Below are positions 47,819-58,486 of a DNA stretch of 64,000 nucleotides, piece by piece. The position numbers were made by a program, and so were the translations under genes. Numbering within the stretch: the first letter of the stretch is position 1; every line of letters begins with the position of its first letter. Source of the stretch: a virus; the IMG/VR virus record IMGVR_UViG_3300042402_005830, positions 11,726 to 75,725 of that record; one strand, 5' to 3'. The notes under the pieces were generated by a model. It worked only from the letters and a program-made list of their open reading frames with translations, searched no databases and was not told where the DNA came from.

Positions 47819-48817
47819 ATGAAAACAATTAAAGTGTCTAGAGCAAATTTTCCAGGAGTTGGAAATTTCTCGTGGTTAAATTTTTTTGTTAAAATCCTCT
47901 CCAAAAAATACAATGTGGTTATTGATTCTAAAAATCCTGATATTGTAATTTACACTAACCAATTTTATAGAGAAGGGGAATTAGATTATTACACAAAAGA
48001 TACAATCAAAAGTGAAACGGAATATGGTCCAAAAGTTAAAAAAATATTTTTGAGTGGGGAGGCGAGACCTGATTTTAACTCTCATTTAAATAAAGGAGAA
48101 AATTATTATTGTATGGGTTATGAACATCTAACCCACGATAGATATCTCAGATTTCCTACATATGTTTTGGATGCGTTTGTTTTACATAATGAAGGTGGAA
48201 TGTTTGATAGTGATTTTGGTTGGCTAACAGAAAAACGAGATTCACAAAATATTTTAAATGGGAAAAAACATTTTTGTAGTATTGTTCAATCGAGTCATAA
48301 TGTGGATAGGGAAAAGTTATTCGATGAAATCATAAAAAAACATTGGATTAAATCTTCGGGACCTTGGAGACAAACAATCAATAACTCTGAAGTCTTAAAT
48401 CCACATCAATACCATAATTATTCAAATCCTGATTATATGGGTAAAATCGATGGACTAACTTACCGAGATAAAATTAAATTCTTTTCTGATTGTGTATTTA
48501 ACATATCATATCAGTACACAGATACTGATTATTTAACACAAGAAAAAATTATTCATGCTTACGCATCCGATTCCATACCAATTTTTTATGGAAATAAATT
48601 TATCGAAGAAGAAGGATTTAATCCTAATTCTTTTGTAAACGCACATAAATTTGAGACAATTGAATCTTTAGTAATTTATTTAGATGAGTTATATCAGGAT
48701 AGAAATAAACTAACAAAATTTTTCGAAGAACCTATTTTTATCGATAATAAATTACCAATTTATTTCAATGAAGAGTACGTTTTAGAATTTTTAGATAAAA
48801 TAATTAGCGAAAATTAA
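47819..48817 (+). CDS. GT10-like alpha-1,3/4-fucosyltransferase
   Basis: NPDIVI, KIFLSGE, YLRFP, KHFCSIV, KIKFFSDCVFNISY...YLTQEKIIHAY...IPIFYG. Confidence 0.8.
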   Translation: MKTIKVSRANFPGVGNFSWLNFFVKILSKKYNVVIDSKNPDIVIYTNQFYREGELDYYTKDTIKSETEYGPKVKKIFLSGEARPDFNSHLNKGENYYCMGYEHLTHDRYLRFPTYVLDAFVLHNEGGMFDSDFGWLTEKRDSQNILNGKKHFCSIVQSSHNVDREKLFDEIIKKHWIKSSGPWRQTINNSEVLNPHQYHNYSNPDYMGKIDGLTYRDKIKFFSDCVFNISYQYTDTDYLTQEKIIHAYASDSIPIFYGNKFIEEEGFNPNSFVNAHKFETIESLVIYLDELYQDRNKLTKFFEEPIFIDNKLPIYFNEEYVLEFLDKIISEN

Positions 48818-48912
48818 TTAAAACACTTTTTATATTGACAAACAAATATTGGAAAAGTTTTATAAAAAAATATCTATAAAAGTGTCTTACTAAAAATTAT
48901 TATTTATTAATT

Positions 48913-49593
48913 ATGGATAAATTTATTTCATATTCTCTTTTTGGTCGTGATTTAAAATATTTCATTGGTGCCGAAAAAAACATAATGATTAATGAACAAT
49001 TATTACCGGATTGGAAAACAGTTATTTATTATCACCCTGAAATGATTTTAGATGGTTATTTGGAAAAACTTAATTCGTTAGGGGCGATTCTAATTGATGT
49101 TAAAGACGTTAAAATTGGAAACAAATCCTCATTAGAATTCCCGTATTTCTGGAGATATTTAACATTTCTGAAAGATGGAATTCATCTGTCTAGAGATTTA
49201 GACAGTAGGATATCAAATAGGGAGGTTGAGTACATAAAACGTTGGGAAAAAAGTCAGAATAAATACTCAATTATCAGAGATCACCCCTGGCATGCACCAG
49301 TACCTAGTGGGTTATTTGGTATTAAAGGTAAAGACAGAAATTTTGAATCTCATTTTCATGAATACATTGAAACAAACAATTTAGTGTGGGGAACAGACCA
49401 AGATATACTATACAAATACATACAAAAAATAGATAAGTCAGATATATTTTACTCTGGATTTGATAAACCAGAAACTTACATACCAAGAGACAATCAAGAA
49501 TTTTTCATCGGAATACAACTCGATGAAAACGACAACCCAACCAAACCAAGTGGTGAAGAATGCCTAAGATATCTTAAGGAATTAAATTTATAA
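48913..49593 (+). CDS. Putative GT-A-fold glycosyltransferase
   Basis: ISYSLFG..KY..GA..N, FWRY, SRDLDSR, IIRDHPWH, DQDIL; sits inside the GT cassette. Confidence 0.55.
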   Translation: MDKFISYSLFGRDLKYFIGAEKNIMINEQLLPDWKTVIYYHPEMILDGYLEKLNSLGAILIDVKDVKIGNKSSLEFPYFWRYLTFLKDGIHLSRDLDSRISNREVEYIKRWEKSQNKYSIIRDHPWHAPVPSGLFGIKGKDRNFESHFHEYIETNNLVWGTDQDILYKYIQKIDKSDIFYSGFDKPETYIPRDNQEFFIGIQLDENDNPTKPSGEECLRYLKELNL

Positions 49594-49607
49594 AAATAAA
49601 AAATATC

Positions 49608-50351
49608 ATGAGATATTGTTTTACAACATTAGCGGTAAATGAACCTTACGAAAGTAAGACACAAGAATTCTATAAAGAACTACGAGAAAAAACAACTCAA
49701 TGTAATTTTTTCATAACATCTACAAATAAAGATCTACTTAACCAAGGAGAAAGAATTCACACTAAAATAATTGATCCCCCATCTATGTTTTGTTCAGGTG
49801 GTGGATTTGATTTTCATTTAAATTTGAAATGTTTGTCCTTAAAACATGTTTTGGAGTATGAAAAATCAAATCAAAACATTCATCACGAATATGTGATTTT
49901 TACAGATGGTGATTGGGGAGTTTGGGAGGGGTTTGATGAGAAAAAAATATTGTACATGTTGGATTACATGGAGCAAAATAATATCGATTGTTTGTTCGAA
50001 AGACCTGCACCGATCGGAATACATAAAAAAAATCCAAACGAAAGTTTTTTCAGGGATAAACTATATGATTATGATGTTTTTGATCATGATAAATGGGATG
50101 ATGCACACTGTGTGAATGAGCAGATACTTGTCATGAAAAATAATGAAAAATTTAAATTTTTTGTACAAAGGTGGGAACAGTTCTTATGGTATAGTATTGC
50201 AAATGATATTAGAAATTATCCAGATGGTTTCGAAATAGGGATTTCTATTCACGAATCAGGTATGAAATATTCATATGATGGGATTTTAAGGTTAATGAGT
50301 GATTGTTTTTACTTTCATACAAAAACCGGTGATTTCCACACAAGATTTTAA
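49608..50351 (+). CDS. Putative GT-A-fold glycosyltransferase
   Basis: FTTLAV..PY, NLKCL, YVIFTDGD (DxD), DGFEIG. Confidence 0.5.
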   Translation: MRYCFTTLAVNEPYESKTQEFYKELREKTTQCNFFITSTNKDLLNQGERIHTKIIDPPSMFCSGGGFDFHLNLKCLSLKHVLEYEKSNQNIHHEYVIFTDGDWGVWEGFDEKKILYMLDYMEQNNIDCLFERPAPIGIHKKNPNESFFRDKLYDYDVFDHDKWDDAHCVNEQILVMKNNEKFKFFVQRWEQFLWYSIANDIRNYPDGFEIGISIHESGMKYSYDGILRLMSDCFYFHTKTGDFHTRF

Positions 50352-50379
50352 AAAATTAATAATTTAAAAAACTAATTTA

Positions 50380-51300
50380 ATGAAAACTAAAATAGTCACA
50401 GCTTACTGGATGGACGTTGAAGGTTACCCATTCCAAGGTACAAGAAGTTCTTTAAAACCAAGATATTTGGGATCACTGATCAGTCACTGCAAAGGAATTA
50501 ACTTTCCTATTATATGTTATACACACAGTAAAAATTATGAAGAACTCCTCCAACTAAAACATTCATATCAACTTAGTAATTTAGAAATAAAACTGTTCGA
50601 ACTTAGTGAAATGAAGTTTCATAAAGAAATATCGAAAATAAGAGACGTAAATTTCGATACGGATTTAAGTGGTAGAGGTCCTGAAATCATGTGGGGAAAA
50701 TTTGAGGTTATGGAAAAGGAATTAGATAATTGCGATCGACTTTATTGGATAGATTGTGGATTACAACATCCTGGAATTTTCCCTTGGATGTACTGCGTTC
50801 CATATGGTGATATCGAATACCACAGAGGTGGTGTACCTGTTTGGGTTAACAATGAAATTAGTCAATATGATTTCACAAAATTATTTAATACCAAAATTTT
50901 TGAAATTTTAAATAAAAAAACAGAAAACAAGGTCTTCAATATCACATCAACAAACCCTCAAATTGGTTATAAACTTCATTCTTTATCAATCGATGTTCCA
51001 CCAATATATCCGCCTTATCCTATAGGTGGAATGATAGGTGGTGATTCTGCAAAATTACGGGTTTATCTGAATACTTTTTGGAACGTTTGTTCAAAGGTTT
51101 TGGAAAAAAATTACCTCTGCACCGAAGAAGAATTAATGAAGCCCACTTTTGATATTTGTTCGGATATCATGATAGATTACCAATTCTCAGTTTATCAAAC
51201 AAATGAACAAGATGATTTTCATTTTAATGTTTGGAGTGAAAAAAGTAATAAACCAAAACCTCTTTATATGGTTTGGAATGATATTTTAAGTGAAGAATGA
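50380..51300 (+). CDS. HtrL/YibB (WlaTC)-like glycosyltransferase
   Basis: KIVTAYW, MWGKF, YWIDCG, GGMIGG, TEEELM. Confidence 0.6.
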   Translation: MKTKIVTAYWMDVEGYPFQGTRSSLKPRYLGSLISHCKGINFPIICYTHSKNYEELLQLKHSYQLSNLEIKLFELSEMKFHKEISKIRDVNFDTDLSGRGPEIMWGKFEVMEKELDNCDRLYWIDCGLQHPGIFPWMYCVPYGDIEYHRGGVPVWVNNEISQYDFTKLFNTKIFEILNKKTENKVFNITSTNPQIGYKLHSLSIDVPPIYPPYPIGGMIGGDSAKLRVYLNTFWNVCSKVLEKNYLCTEEELMKPTFDICSDIMIDYQFSVYQTNEQDDFHFNVWSEKSNKPKPLYMVWNDILSEE

Positions 51301-52163
51301 AATCTTATATTATTGGAGGATTCAACGCTGGATTGGGAAGTACCTACGACACATTATACCGATTTGTTGTTTTACAAAGTTTTTTAAAAAATTTAGGTTA
51401 CGAAGTTTTCTGTGAGGTTGATTTTTCACTTAATCCGTATAAAATGAACAATCAGGATAGATCTATTTTTAAAAAAATATTTAAATTTGATTTATTAGAT
51501 AATATATTGTTTCATGTTGGGGACGGTTTCAATATGCATGACACCGCAAATTTCGAATTAAATAAAAAAACAAAATTAGTTTTCAATAATAACAAAATTT
51601 TATATGTTTATGTGGATTCACCAATTACTGAACTTAAAAATATCGAACAATTCATAAATTGGCAAAATAGAGATGATCTTCCAAAAATTTGTTGTCTTGT
51701 TGATGAATTGATTTATAAGTTTGAAGAAAAGTTAACTGATATTTCGAATACTGAATTTTACTCCATTCACTACCGACCCTTTGAGTTGGAAAATCAAAAA
51801 AAACAAATGGATATTCACCTACCTCAAATAATAGATATATTGGAAAAAAACAGAGATAAAAAAATTTTATTAACCACTCAATATGAAATTTTGAAAAAAA
51901 AATTATCATTAAGTAATTATGATAATTTACAAATGTCCAACTATCAATATCCAACCGACTTCAATAAAGTAAGATCTTTGGGTTGGACCGATGAACAATT
52001 GTTAGATTATATGCAAGAAACTTTTTTCGAAATGTACTGTTTGTCAAAATCTACCAAAATTTACAGGGTTGGTTGCCCTTGGTTTTCTAATTTTCTTTTT
52101 TTATCTTGTACATATAATCAAACAAATTTTGAAAATAAATTAAGATTTGAACCATCATATTAA
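51297..52163 (+). CDS. Fucosyltransferase-like GT-B protein (NodZ/GT23/O-FucT type)
   Basis: AGLGS, SIHYR, EMYCLSKS, FSNF. Confidence 0.55.
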   Translation: MKSYIIGGFNAGLGSTYDTLYRFVVLQSFLKNLGYEVFCEVDFSLNPYKMNNQDRSIFKKIFKFDLLDNILFHVGDGFNMHDTANFELNKKTKLVFNNNKILYVYVDSPITELKNIEQFINWQNRDDLPKICCLVDELIYKFEEKLTDISNTEFYSIHYRPFELENQKKQMDIHLPQIIDILEKNRDKKILLTTQYEILKKKLSLSNYDNLQMSNYQYPTDFNKVRSLGWTDEQLLDYMQETFFEMYCLSKSTKIYRVGCPWFSNFLFLSCTYNQTNFENKLRFEPSY

Positions 52164-52168
52164 AAGAA

Positions 52169-53848
52169 ATGAAAAATACAACATTAGTTACTGGTTTATG
52201 GGATATTGGTAGAGAAAGTTTGACTGACGGATGGAATAGAAAATTCGATGAACATTATTTAAATAATTTCAAAAAATTTTTGCAGATACCTTGTAATTTA
52301 ATTGTCTTTGGTGATGAAAAACTTCATCAGTTTGTTCAGGAAAATAAATCACACAATAATATCCAATTTATAACAAGGGATTTGAATTGGTTCCAAGGAA
52401 ATTTTTATGAGAAAATACAAAAAATTAGAAAAAATCAAGAATGGAAAACCCAAAAAGGTTGGTTGAATGAATCAACACAGTCACAACTGAAAATGTATAA
52501 TCCTCTTGTTATGCAGAAAATGTTTTTGTTGAATGACGCAAGGATTATGGATTCATTTGATTCAAAACAAATGTTTTGGTTAGATGCGGGGATTACAAAT
52601 ACGGTTCATCCGGGTTATTTTACTCATGATTTAGTGTTCGATAAGATTCATAAGTACGTTAACAAGTTTTCTTTTGTTTGTTTTCCTTACGAAGCAGATG
52701 GTGAAATTCACGGATTTAAATATGATGAGATGTGTAGAATCTCCTCAAAAAAAATAGAAAAAGTGGCGAGAGGTGGTTTTTTTGGTGGTCCGAAAGATAC
52801 AATCTCTGAGGCTATGAATATATATTATGGTCTTATGGATGACACCCTATCGAGGGGTTTTATGGGTACAGAAGAAAGTTTGTTTTCTATTATGGTATAC
52901 AAATATCCACAACAATTTGATTATTTTGAAATCGAATCTAATGGACTTTTTGGTAAATTTTTTGAAGATTTAAAAAATGACCAGCTTAAGGTTAAAAATG
53001 AAACCACTCGTATTGAAAAAAATAAGAACATGGATTTAAATAAATCTTCATTGTACGTCATTACTTTTAACAGTCCCGAACAATTCGAAAATTTGATTGA
53101 AAGTTTTTATGAGTACGATTCCAACTTTATTGAAAAACCAAAAAAATATCTTTTGAACAACTCTACTGATAGATCTACAGATTTTTTGTATAGTCGACTA
53201 TGTGAAGAGTTTGAGTTTGAACAATTACGATTCCCTGAAAATCTTGGTATTTGTGGAGGAAGACAATATATTGCTGAACATTTTGATAAATCTGATTCAG
53301 ACTTTATGTTTTTCTTTGAAGATGATATGTTTTTTTACGATGGTGATGATACAATTTGTAAAAATGGATTCAACAGATATGTTGACAATCTGTATTTAAA
53401 TTCTTTAGAAATCACCAAAAATGAAGGTTTGGACTTTTTGAAATTAAATTTTACTGAATTTTACGGAGATAATTCAACACAGTGGTCATGGTACAATGTA
53501 CCTCAAGATGTGAGAAATGAGAGATGGCCAGATTATAACAGACTTCCTCAAATAGGATTTGATCCAAATGCACCAAGAACTAAATTCAACGAGATCAAAT
53601 CTTATAAGTCCATACCTTATGCTCGTGGTGAAGTTTATTACTGTAATTGGCCTCAAGTTGTTACAAAATCAGGTAATAAAAAAATGTTCTTAGACACCAC
53701 ATGGGCTCATCCACACGAACAAACTTGGATGTCACATATCTTCCAACTTACTCTTAAAGGTATGATTGAACCAGGTATATTATTAATTTCACCAATCGAT
53801 CACAACAGATTCGATCATTATGATGCAAAATTAAGAAAAGAGTCATAG
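52169..53848 (+). CDS. Two-domain glycosyltransferase: HtrL/YibB-like plus GT2-like
   Basis: TLVTGLWDIGR, QKMFLL, FWLDAG, GGFFGG, GTEESLFS; second domain YVITFN, NLGICGGRQ, FFFEDD. Confidence 0.7.
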   Translation: MKNTTLVTGLWDIGRESLTDGWNRKFDEHYLNNFKKFLQIPCNLIVFGDEKLHQFVQENKSHNNIQFITRDLNWFQGNFYEKIQKIRKNQEWKTQKGWLNESTQSQLKMYNPLVMQKMFLLNDARIMDSFDSKQMFWLDAGITNTVHPGYFTHDLVFDKIHKYVNKFSFVCFPYEADGEIHGFKYDEMCRISSKKIEKVARGGFFGGPKDTISEAMNIYYGLMDDTLSRGFMGTEESLFSIMVYKYPQQFDYFEIESNGLFGKFFEDLKNDQLKVKNETTRIEKNKNMDLNKSSLYVITFNSPEQFENLIESFYEYDSNFIEKPKKYLLNNSTDRSTDFLYSRLCEEFEFEQLRFPENLGICGGRQYIAEHFDKSDSDFMFFFEDDMFFYDGDDTICKNGFNRYVDNLYLNSLEITKNEGLDFLKLNFTEFYGDNSTQWSWYNVPQDVRNERWPDYNRLPQIGFDPNAPRTKFNEIKSYKSIPYARGEVYYCNWPQVVTKSGNKKMFLDTTWAHPHEQTWMSHIFQLTLKGMIEPGILLISPIDHNRFDHYDAKLRKES

Positions 53849-53865
53849 TATATTTATAATATATT

Positions 53866-56800
53866 ATGATTAGTTTTTACATAAAAAAAAATTCTAATTT
53901 ACCATTATTAAAGGTAGAAATTTTACAAGACGGTAGAAGTCTTCATAATGACTATACACCTTACTTATTAAATTCAGTTGTTTATTTTTCTATGGTTGAC
54001 GAATTGACCGGTCAAAAAATAATACTGAAAGATATTGCAAAAATCGAATTAAGGGACGGAAAACTCATCTTAATTTATCAGTTTAAAAGTAAAAAAATTG
54101 GTAAAACAGGATCATACTATGGAGAATTTTTGTTAATTAACAATAATGGAAATTTAACATTACCAATTATTGAACGAATAAAGATATACGTAATAGATTC
54201 AATTTTCGATACAGATGACGTTGAATGTTGTGGACCTGATCAAAATATCATAATTGTTCCATCTCAAACTCCAGTTTCTCCATCAAACACTCCGACTCCA
54301 AACCCTTCTAAAACACCATTACCCACCAAAACTCCAACACAAACGTCAACTCAGACACCAACACAAACACCAACATCCACATTAACACCAACACAAACAC
54401 CAACATCCACATTAACACCAACACAAACACCAACATCCACATTAACACCAACTAACACCGCAACCTTAACCCCAACAAATACCGTAACTCCTACAGAAAC
54501 ACCTACAAACACAATCACACCTACAAACACAGAAACACCTACAAACACAATCACACCTACAAACACAGAAACGCCTACAAATACAATCACAGCGACAAAC
54601 ACAGTCACACCGACCATAACTTCCACACCTACAAATACCGAAACACCTACAAACACGATCACTCCAACTTCAACATCAACACCTACAAATACAATCACTC
54701 CGACTCTAACATCAACACCTACAAGTTCAGTTACACCAACAAACACAGAAACACCTACAAACACAACCACTCCAACTTCAACATCAACACCTACAAATAC
54801 AATCACTCCGACTCTAACATTAACACCTACAAGTTCAGTTACACCAACAAACACAGAAACACCTACAAACACGACCACTCCAACGTCAACATCAACACCT
54901 ACAAATTCAATTACACCAACAAACACAATTACCCCAACGAATACAATCACACCGAGCACTACATCAACACCTACAACTACAAATACTACAACACCAACAA
55001 TTACTAATAGTGTTTCTATTACTCCTTCAGAAACTCAAACTCCTACTCAAACACCGAGTAATACTGAAACACCCACAAACACTCCAACAAATACAGTAAC
55101 ACCAAGCACCACTGAGACCCCATTCAAATCACCCACTCCAACAAATAGCCAAACACCTACAAATTCTATAACCCCTAGTCTTACAGAAACTCCAACAAAT
55201 ACTGTCACACCAACAAACACGCTGACACCAACAAATACAGAAACTCCAACAAATACTGTCACACCAACAAACACGCTGACACCAACAAATACAGAAACTC
55301 CAACAAATACTGTCACACCAACAAACACTCTGACACCAACAAATACAGAAACTCCAACAAATACTGTCACACCAACAAACACGCTGACACCAACAAATAC
55401 AGAAACTCCAACAAATACTGTCACACCAACAAACACGCTGACACCAACAAATACAGAAACTCCAACAAATACTGTCACACCAACAAATCCTGAAACTCCG
55501 ACTAATACTCTAACACCAACATCTACTGAAACTCCCACTAATACTCTAACACCAACAAATACACCGACATCAGATTTTGTGAGAACAGGTTTGATTATTC
55601 AATTAGAGGCGGATAGTAGTGTAAGTTATCCAGGTGTGGGAACAACTGTTTTTGATTTAACAACCAACTCATATAACCATACATTAACTGACGGAGCATC
55701 ATTTACAACACTTAATGGTATTAAATGTTTTGATTGTACATCCTCAACAGAAAGGGTTGTTGTGAATGGTACTGGACCAACATTACCAACAAGTGGATAC
55801 ACATACATTACTTGGGCTAGAGTAGAAGAGGGTAATCCATTATCATTTAGGACATTACTTTATACAAACTCACCTAAATACACACCAATTACAATCCCCA
55901 ACGGAACCAATACATTAGGATATTGGGATACCGAATTTAGAAGTTCAGGATATGACCTTTCATCTTCGGTTGGTGTTTGGGTTCAATACGCAATAGTTGG
56001 AGATAGTTCATCTCAAACTTTCTACATAAATGGTTCACAAGTCGGAAGTCCGATAGCTTTCGGTTCAGGTGGAAGAACTCATTGGGGGTGGGGTAATAAT
56101 GATATTGTTCCTCAAGCTTGGGGTTATGTTGCAAATTTATATTTGTATAATAGAAAATTATCACTTTCTGAAATATCTCAACAATATAATTTACTTGCTC
56201 CGAGATTTGTAGAATTAAGCCCAACACCGACAAATACTCAAACACCAACATTTACTCCAACAAAAACTACGACTCCAACTAAAACTCTAACACCAACAAA
56301 TACAGAAACTCCAACTAACACTGTAACTCCAACAAATACTATCACACCAACAAACACGCTGACATCAACAAATACTGTCACACCAACAAATTCTGAAACT
56401 CCGACTAATACTCTAACACCAACATCTACTCTAACTCCAACAAATACTGTCACACCAACAAACACAGAAACTCCAACAAACACACAGACACCAACAATTA
56501 CTGAAACTCCAACTAATACTGTAACTCCAACTCAAACACCTACACAATCATCAGAGATTGAAATAAATTTTGGAGTCACTTATGAAAGCGGATCAACGGT
56601 TGCCAATTACAGTTTTACGGCTTCAACTGAAGTAGAGAGTGATTTAGAAATTAATTTTAAAAATATTATATACAAAAACAATGGAGATGAATATGTAATT
56701 TCTGATTTTGTTGTTATACCCTCAAGAAATACCATTGGATTTAAAAGAGTCCAACTGAATGATTTAGATTATTTGGATGTAAAACCTTATGAATTAGTAT

Positions 56801-58443
56801 ATTCGAGTATTACAAATAATCAATCTTTGGATTTAATATACAACAAGTACGCCGAAGTTTTATTTTTAGGAAAACCAAATCCAACTTTAGTTAACTGGAT
56901 CTTCAAACCCTGTTGTCCAACTGACAGTGAAATATATCTCAAAGTAAATTACAATGATACTTTATCAGGTGGATGGGTAAACTTAGGTTTTGGTGTTATA
57001 TATAACAAAAAATGTTATACAGCATTCAGTTCTGGTGGAGATGGTAGTAATGGAACTGTATATGGTGCAGATATTAAATCCTGCTCACAAATTTATGGAT
57101 GTCCTGTTTGCCCAACACCATCCCCAACCTCAACTCCAACAATAACTCGAACAAACACACCTACCCCAACTACAACAAAAACACCAACTTTAACATCAAG
57201 CGTTACACCAACAACCACTTCAATTTTTGGGTTTATGGAATGTGTTGGATCAATCGAATTTATAACACCAACACCAACAAATACACAAACACCGACACCA
57301 ACATTTACCCAAACTCCAACAAATACACAAACACCTTCTACAACTCCGACTAATTCTCCATTCGTTGGTTTTATGGATTGTGTGGGGTCGATCGAATTTA
57401 TAACACCAACACCAACAAATACACAAACACAAACTCTTACTTCTACTTTAACTCCGACTCAAACTCCTACTTCTACTTTAACTCCGACTCAAACTCCTAC
57501 TTCTACTTTAACTCCGACTAATTCTCCATTCGTTGGTTTTATGGATTGTGTGGGGTCAATCGAATTTATAACACCAACACCAACAAATACACAAACACAA
57601 ACTCCTACTTCTACTTTAACTCCGACTCAAACTCCTTTTGTTGGTATTTTGGAATGTAGTAGTACAGTTCAAAATGTTACGCCAACTCCAACAAATACAA
57701 TAACACCAACAAATACAATAACACCAACGATTACCCCAACAAGAACAGTAACACCAACAAGAACAGTAACACCAACAAGAACTTTGACACCAACAAACAC
57801 AAGAACTTCTACTATCACCCCCACACCAACACAAACTTATTTAGATTATTCAAATGATTCAATATATCAATCCCTGTCAATCTCAGGTAAAACAGCATAT
57901 TTGAACGCATCGGTCGGAAATTATCTCAACGTGAGTGAGTCTGATTATCTCTCGGTTTTAAATTCTGTGAGTGGTGCTAGTACTTATGGTCCTGTCACAT
58001 ATAATCAATTTACAGGTAGTACTGCTAGTGAGTTCAGTTCTCCTTGGGTTATTTCTGATTCAACACAAAGTGGGCTTGAAGGTGGTTCCTATATTTTAGG
58101 ATTTGCAGTGAGGGGATCAAGAACAGGATCTCAGGGTTCCTATACTGTTGGTGTACAACAAACAACGGGTACTGTTTCAGGTGGAACTTATACCGCTGTT
58201 ACATCTAACGTAAGTTTTACAAATACTGTAGCCGGAAGTAAAACATATTTCATACGGAAGTCACCTCAAACAAATATGAGTGTAACTTCTTATCTTGCAA
58301 TTTATTTTAGTATGAATTTATCACAATTAAATTTATCGGCGAGACCACTTTATTACGATAATAATGGAACTCCACCTTTTACTACGGGTAATTTTAGTCC
58401 AGTTGCTTTCATTTCCATGGTGAGTCCATATAAAACTTGGTAA
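53866..58443 (+). CDS. Large mucin-like Thr/Pro-repeat putative virion protein (BppU-like N domain, LamG domain, Cys module)
   Basis: N-terminal FYIKK..LPLL...Y.F....GSYYGEF; long TPTNT/TPTQT tracts; LamG motifs ([39 protein letters not shown]). Confidence 0.75.
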   Translation: MISFYIKKNSNLPLLKVEILQDGRSLHNDYTPYLLNSVVYFSMVDELTGQKIILKDIAKIELRDGKLILIYQFKSKKIGKTGSYYGEFLLINNNGNLTLPIIERIKIYVIDSIFDTDDVECCGPDQNIIIVPSQTPVSPSNTPTPNPSKTPLPTKTPTQTSTQTPTQTPTSTLTPTQTPTSTLTPTQTPTSTLTPTNTATLTPTNTVTPTETPTNTITPTNTETPTNTITPTNTETPTNTITATNTVTPTITSTPTNTETPTNTITPTSTSTPTNTITPTLTSTPTSSVTPTNTETPTNTTTPTSTSTPTNTITPTLTLTPTSSVTPTNTETPTNTTTPTSTSTPTNSITPTNTITPTNTITPSTTSTPTTTNTTTPTITNSVSITPSETQTPTQTPSNTETPTNTPTNTVTPSTTETPFKSPTPTNSQTPTNSITPSLTETPTNTVTPTNTLTPTNTETPTNTVTPTNTLTPTNTETPTNTVTPTNTLTPTNTETPTNTVTPTNTLTPTNTETPTNTVTPTNTLTPTNTETPTNTVTPTNPETPTNTLTPTSTETPTNTLTPTNTPTSDFVRTGLIIQLEADSSVSYPGVGTTVFDLTTNSYNHTLTDGASFTTLNGIKCFDCTSSTERVVVNGTGPTLPTSGYTYITWARVEEGNPLSFRTLLYTNSPKYTPITIPNGTNTLGYWDTEFRSSGYDLSSSVGVWVQYAIVGDSSSQTFYINGSQVGSPIAFGSGGRTHWGWGNNDIVPQAWGYVANLYLYNRKLSLSEISQQYNLLAPRFVELSPTPTNTQTPTFTPTKTTTPTKTLTPTNTETPTNTVTPTNTITPTNTLTSTNTVTPTNSETPTNTLTPTSTLTPTNTVTPTNTETPTNTQTPTITETPTNTVTPTQTPTQSSEIEINFGVTYESGSTVANYSFTASTEVESDLEINFKNIIYKNNGDEYVISDFVVIPSRNTIGFKRVQLNDLDYLDVKPYELVYSSITNNQSLDLIYNKYAEVLFLGKPNPTLVNWIFKPCCPTDSEIYLKVNYNDTLSGGWVNLGFGVIYNKKCYTAFSSGGDGSNGTVYGADIKSCSQIYGCPVCPTPSPTSTPTITRTNTPTPTTTKTPTLTSSVTPTTTSIFGFMECVGSIEFITPTPTNTQTPTPTFTQTPTNTQTPSTTPTNSPFVGFMDCVGSIEFITPTPTNTQTQTLTSTLTPTQTPTSTLTPTQTPTSTLTPTNSPFVGFMDCVGSIEFITPTPTNTQTQTPTSTLTPTQTPFVGILECSSTVQNVTPTPTNTITPTNTITPTITPTRTVTPTRTVTPTRTLTPTNTRTSTITPTPTQTYLDYSNDSIYQSLSISGKTAYLNASVGNYLNVSESDYLSVLNSVSGASTYGPVTYNQFTGSTASEFSSPWVISDSTQSGLEGGSYILGFAVRGSRTGSQGSYTVGVQQTTGTVSGGTYTAVTSNVSFTNTVAGSKTYFIRKSPQTNMSVTSYLAIYFSMNLSQLNLSARPLYYDNNGTPPFTTGNFSPVAFISMVSPYKTW
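54355..54444 (+). repeat. 30-bp tandem repeat x3 ([10 protein letters not shown])
   Basis: Unit ACACCAACACAAACACCAACATCCACATTA. Confidence 0.85.
55183..55487 (+). repeat. 54-bp near-perfect tandem repeat, about 5.6 copies ([18 protein letters not shown])
   Basis: Units start at 55183, 55237, 55291, 55345, 55399 and 55453. Confidence 0.9.
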
Positions 58444-58486
58444 ACTTTTTTTTAAATCACATATTTATAATTAATTAAATTAATCG

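Noticed and set aside
55183-55487. Regular repeats that might be a CRISPR array
   Set aside because: The units are contiguous with no unique spacers and are in frame within a CDS
54351-56483. Minus-strand Val/Gly-rich ORFs (VGVSVFVGV...), also at 43489 and 62839
   Set aside because: They are antisense shadows of the TPT-repeat codons, with no independent start context
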